Below, one piece after another: positions 45,699 to 49,097 of a stretch of 49,097 nucleotides of DNA (positions are counted from its first letter, which is position 1; the number at the start of each line of letters is the position of its first letter). The position numbers and the translations under genes are program-made. Source of the DNA: a virus (lineage: Duplodnaviria; Caudoviricetes). The notes beneath the pieces are model-generated. The model was not told the DNA's origin and searched no databases. It saw only the letters and a program-made list of their open reading frames with translations. Location: positions 1 to 49,097 of the IMG/VR virus record IMGVR_UViG_3300038393_003167; one strand, given 5' to 3'.

Positions 45699-45760
45699 CC
45701 CCTCTCCCGCTTGCGGGAGAGGGAGGGGCCCAAGCCGATAGGCTTGGGAGGGTGAGGGCC
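45699..45760. repeat. Intergenic copy of the same REP family
   Basis: CCCCTCTCCCGC-TT-GCGGGAGAGGG plus CCCAAGCC-GATA-GGCTTGGG. Confidence 0.8.
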
Positions 45761-45786
45761 AGAGCCTTTCGTTTTCAGAGGCCAAA

Positions 45787-46317
45787 TCAACTAGGAACGT
45801 ACGTCAACCTGATCACATCCTCGTCGACCCGATCGCTCGCGACCAAGCGAAGCCGCGGCCGCGGCCCGGCAAAGAACGGCGTGCCGCCGCCAAGCACCAC
45901 GGGATGAAGATAAATCCGATACACGTCGATCAGGCCCAGCGCGCCCAGGCTCCGCGCCAGCTCCGGCCCGCCAACCTCAATCTCGCCGTCGACGTCAGCC
46001 TTCACCGCGCGGATCGCCCCCTCCAGATCGCTCCCGACCAGCGTCGCGTTCGGCCCGACCGACTCCAACGACCGCGACACCACCCATTTCCGCTGCCGCC
46101 GCCACGCCGCGGCAAAGTCATGCTCCGCCGCGCCCCAGTCGGGGCGATCCTCGTCCCAATAACGCATGATCTCGTACAGCTTGGCGCCATAGATGCTGCC
46201 CGCCTGCGCGCGCGCCTGCTCGATGAAGTGCCGGAACAGCGCGGGGCTCGGCCCGAACGCCATATGGTCGACATAGCCGTCGAGCGACTGGTTCATTCCA
46301 AACACAAGCGTCGCCAT
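45787..46317 (-). CDS. Dihydrofolate reductase/RibD C-terminal family protein
   Basis: NQSLDGYV, KWVVSRSL, VGGPELA, LIDVYRIYLHPVVLGGGTPFF. Confidence 0.9.
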   Translation of the reverse strand: MATLVFGMNQSLDGYVDHMAFGPSPALFRHFIEQARAQAGSIYGAKLYEIMRYWDEDRPDWGAAEHDFAAAWRRQRKWVVSRSLESVGPNATLVGSDLEGAIRAVKADVDGEIEVGGPELARSLGALGLIDVYRIYLHPVVLGGGTPFFAGPRPRLRLVASDRVDEDVIRLTYVPS

Positions 46318-46414
46318 GCCACCAATCCTCCGGCAAAGGCCGTCAGCATAGCGGGAGCCATAGCGTGCCATGCATCCCGGCGCACGTTCTCTCGAGCGTC
46401 GGGACCACGGCTGA

Positions 46415-46948
46415 TCAAGGCTGTTTCATTAGGTCGTCCGGAAGCTCAAGCCGAATAAGTTTCCACGAGAACAGGCCGCGCCGTTCGAAAACAAAGGTCG
46501 GCTTTACTTTTTTACCAGCCGCATCTTTCGGGTTGACGAGAAATCGGTCCAAGCTCTTGTAGCCTGACGCCCACTTAGGATTGCCACCTGTCTCCGGTCC
46601 GCCGCGCTCCGAGCGTCCGCGCTCCACGAGACGAGAAAAGCCGTCTGGTGTCATTACAGTATCGACCATACGCTCAACCATTGTAGGGATCAGCATCGTC
46701 CCAAGCCCTGCAAATGGATTGTTCTGCATCTCCGGATCGGACGCCATTTTCTCTGCAAGCATAGAGTTTATTTGAGCTTTGAAGCTTTCCCTCACTGACG
46801 GGAAATCCACGGTTTGCTCTAGCCGGTCGCGATCTCCACTCTGGGCGGCTTCTCTAAACTGGTGAACTGCCCACCAAGGTGAGCCGATGTAGGCGATTGC
46901 GAAGAGAGCTGCCGCCGCCGCCAATACAGCCGTCAATTTCCGGTTCAT
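46415..46948 (-). CDS. DUF2939-like membrane-anchored protein
   Basis: TM then SPWWA..GDRDRLEQTVDFPSVRESFKAQ..FERRGLFSWKL. Confidence 0.8.
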   Translation of the reverse strand: MNRKLTAVLAAAAALFAIAYIGSPWWAVHQFREAAQSGDRDRLEQTVDFPSVRESFKAQINSMLAEKMASDPEMQNNPFAGLGTMLIPTMVERMVDTVMTPDGFSRLVERGRSERGGPETGGNPKWASGYKSLDRFLVNPKDAAGKKVKPTFVFERRGLFSWKLIRLELPDDLMKQP

Positions 46949-47122
46949 GTCCCCCCCTTTTGAGTTTGCAGTTCGCGAACCTGCAGATTCCATACCGGGC
47001 GCGATCAAGTCATCATAGATAATGACGCGCCTGCCTCGCTCGGCACATGTCCGTTATTGTGGCGAGGGGCGGACTGCGTCGCATTGCAGGTCCAATCGTC
47101 AGAGACTGGCGGTTAGCGGACA

Positions 47123-47557
47123 TCAGCGTTGATGAAAGGAGACGCCGAAATCGTCACCTTCAAGCGCGAAAGCTGAGAAATCCCGCTCGGGAAATTCGCA
47201 CTTCAGCTTAGCCGCAAGCATGTCGCACATGATCGTGGCGAGACGCCCGAGCTGAGCGCTCTTCAAAGCCGGGGCGGTGTGGTCATCGGGAAATATGTAG
47301 TCGAACAGGAACGCGTTCATGGCGATTTCTGCCGCCTGCCTTGAATGTCCGGCCGCCTCCCAACTTCGCAGTCGGTCTATGTCGAGGGGAGCGCGCAGCA
47401 CGTAGTCTTCGAACTGGACGAACTCCGGCCAGAACATCGAGCAGAAGCCGAGCGCATGATCAGCTCGGCCTTCGATAAAAATCCAGCCCTCGGGAGAAAT
47501 ACCCGCGCCCTCGTTCCATTCCTGGAGACGGGGAAGCAACTCAGCGTCATCGGCCAT
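47123..47557 (-). CDS. Hypothetical protein
   Basis: 144-aa ORF (FWPEFVQFEDYV..LKCEFPERDF). Confidence 0.7.
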   Translation of the reverse strand: MADDAELLPRLQEWNEGAGISPEGWIFIEGRADHALGFCSMFWPEFVQFEDYVLRAPLDIDRLRSWEAAGHSRQAAEIAMNAFLFDYIFPDDHTAPALKSAQLGRLATIMCDMLAAKLKCEFPERDFSAFALEGDDFGVSFHQR

Positions 47558-47654
47558 GAGGCGAACGTAGCGACCTGCCTAATGTCCGCAATGGGCGAAA
47601 CTGCAAGCTGCGGCCAACCTGATCGGGGCGTCCGTTCCCGGACAGGTCACGCTC

Positions 47655-48686
47655 TCACCCCATTCGGTACGTCACGCTGAACCCCAGATGGTCCGACAGC
47701 GCGCGCCCGTCCGGGCCGCGACCGAACGTCACTTCCGCGCGTACCGGCGCCAGTCCCGCGTGCGTGCCGGGCGAATAGAATTCGAAATCCCGCGCGCGGC
47801 GGATGATGAACGCCGCCTCGCCGCTCCGGTCGACGCGCCCCGCGGCCAGGCAGGTGCGCAGGGCTTCGCCGCCGCTGGTGCCGCCCAGCCTTTCCCAGCC
47901 CGCCGCGCGGCTGCCCAGCGCGTCCCAGCGCCCCGGCGCCACGCCGACGTTGAAGTCGCCGGCGACGATCAGCGGCAGCGCCGGATCGGCCGCGCGCCGC
48001 AGGAAAACGTCGAGCAGGGCGACCTGCGCGCGATAGGCAATGATCGACCGCGCATCGGCCACGCCGGACGCAGCATGCGAGTTGAGGTGCGTCGCCGCGA
48101 CCTGCACCGCTCCTTTGCCCGGCACGTCGATCGTCACCAGCATCGCGCCCTTGTTCGCCAGGCAGTCGAAGCCGGCGCAGGCCTGGGCCGGAAACGTGAT
48201 GCGCCGGACCGCGATGATCGGGAAATCGGAAAAGACGCGCAGCCCGCTCCCTTCCCATTTTCCCTCGGTCTCGCCCTTCAGCGCCCGCGCGCCCGCGGCG
48301 AAGGCCGGGTCCGGCGCCACCGCCGCGCTCGGATCGCTCTCGTCCGCCGAGGGGCCGACCGCAGCAAACCGATAGCCGCCCTCCGCGCCGATCCGCGCCG
48401 CATCGGCGGTGAACGCCTCCTGCAGCACCACCACGCTCGGCTGCCGCCCGTCGCGCCGCAACGCCGCCAGCCGCGCCCCGATCGCCGCCAGCTCGTCCGA
48501 TCGCGGCTCCACGATCGGCCAGGGCAGGCCATGGACGTTATAGGTCAGCACCGAAAGCGGCTCGCCGGGGGCCGGCGCCGCAAACCCCGCCGCACTCCCG
48601 CTGCGCGGCGCCAGCGCGAAAACGGAAACGGCCGACAAGGCAAGCACGGCAATCAGCGGTCGGTACATCGGGGCCTCCGTCGTCAC
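47655..48686 (-). CDS. Exported endonuclease/exonuclease/phosphatase (sphingomyelinase-like) protein
   Basis: LTYNV, LQEAF, NKG, THLN, AGDFN, SDH motifs; signal peptide. Confidence 0.9.
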   Translation of the reverse strand: MTTEAPMYRPLIAVLALSAVSVFALAPRSGSAAGFAAPAPGEPLSVLTYNVHGLPWPIVEPRSDELAAIGARLAALRRDGRQPSVVVLQEAFTADAARIGAEGGYRFAAVGPSADESDPSAAVAPDPAFAAGARALKGETEGKWEGSGLRVFSDFPIIAVRRITFPAQACAGFDCLANKGAMLVTIDVPGKGAVQVAATHLNSHAASGVADARSIIAYRAQVALLDVFLRRAADPALPLIVAGDFNVGVAPGRWDALGSRAAGWERLGGTSGGEALRTCLAAGRVDRSGEAAFIIRRARDFEFYSPGTHAGLAPVRAEVTFGRGPDGRALSDHLGFSVTYRMG

Positions 48687-48704
48687 CTTGAGACGCCGCG
48701 CGAG

Positions 48705-48748
48705 CCAATGTCCCGCATTCTAAGGACCAATGTCCCGCATCCTAAGGA
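48705..48748. repeat. 22-bp tandem direct repeat upstream of the EEP gene
   Basis: CCAATGTCCCGCATTCTAAGGA / CCAATGTCCCGCATCCTAAGGA. Confidence 0.8.
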
Positions 48749-48848
48749 GGCGCGCCCCTAACTCCGTTTGGGCTGAGCTAGTCAAAGCCCTCCCTTTGCT
48801 TTCGAGCAGGCATGCCTACGCTCGACAAACCTCGGTCCGCGCGGCAGG

Positions 48849-49097
48849 TTGTGTAGAGGGGAGGGGCATTTGGCAGACAGATCGCGCTCGGAAACGCTCA
48901 GGGCCAACGAGCAGATCAAGGGTATTGCCGGCGTGCTTTCCAACCTCGGAACAGCGCTTTTCGCGTCCGGCTTTGGCAGATGGTTCCTTAACGGCGCGGA
49001 CCTATATGCATTGCTGTGGATTGTGTCCGGGGCAGGCATTATATGGGTCGGCGTGAAGTCGTTGACGCTTTTGGAAGCGGAGAGTTCTGATGGATGA
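48849..49097 (+). CDS. Small membrane protein (start uncertain)
   Basis: Two hydrophobic segments. Confidence 0.55.
   Translation: MCRGEGHLADRSRSETLRANEQIKGIAGVLSNLGTALFASGFGRWFLNGADLYALLWIVSGAGIIWVGVKSLTLLEAESSDG

Noticed and set aside
48763-48836. Degenerate REP-like inverted repeat (CCGTTTGGGCTGAGCTAGTCAAAGCCC...CTCGACAAACCTCGG)
   Set aside because: Too decayed and single-copy in this window to support as a feature.

Overview
High-GC alphaproteobacterial DNA; gene content and repeats suggest a sphingomonad. About 1-43.6 kb is an apparently intact lambdoid/HK97-type siphoviral prophage. In order it carries: a cargo operon (proteasome-beta/Ntn-hydrolase-like gene plus a 54-aa partner), tyrosine integrase and a leftward early operon (including a Spo11/TopoVI-A-like protein), HIRAN-cI/cro switch with five WACA-N7-TGTW-type operators, a rightward early operon (CII-like, ASCH, adenine MTase, primase, GapR-like, P4-type helicase, iteron cluster), HNH-terminase-portal-protease-capsid, a 3.6-kb beta-helix insert between capsid and neck genes, a long non-contractile tail with a -1 frameshift, lysis genes with a secreted beta-helix protein, a LexA-boxed small gene and a BrnT/BrnA pair. 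The right junction lies in the anticodon loop of a tRNA-Gly(CCC) whose 5' half is not restored; the left junction is not in the window. The remaining ~5.5 kb is host DNA: a GTA-type terminase with an in-frame palindromic repeat, DHFR/RibD-family, DUF2939-like and EEP-family genes. The best novelty candidates are the Ntn-hydrolase operon, the head-anchored and secreted beta-helix pair, the 'bridge' ORFs spanning antisense genes, and the split tRNA. All family calls come from motif recognition by eye; no searches were run.
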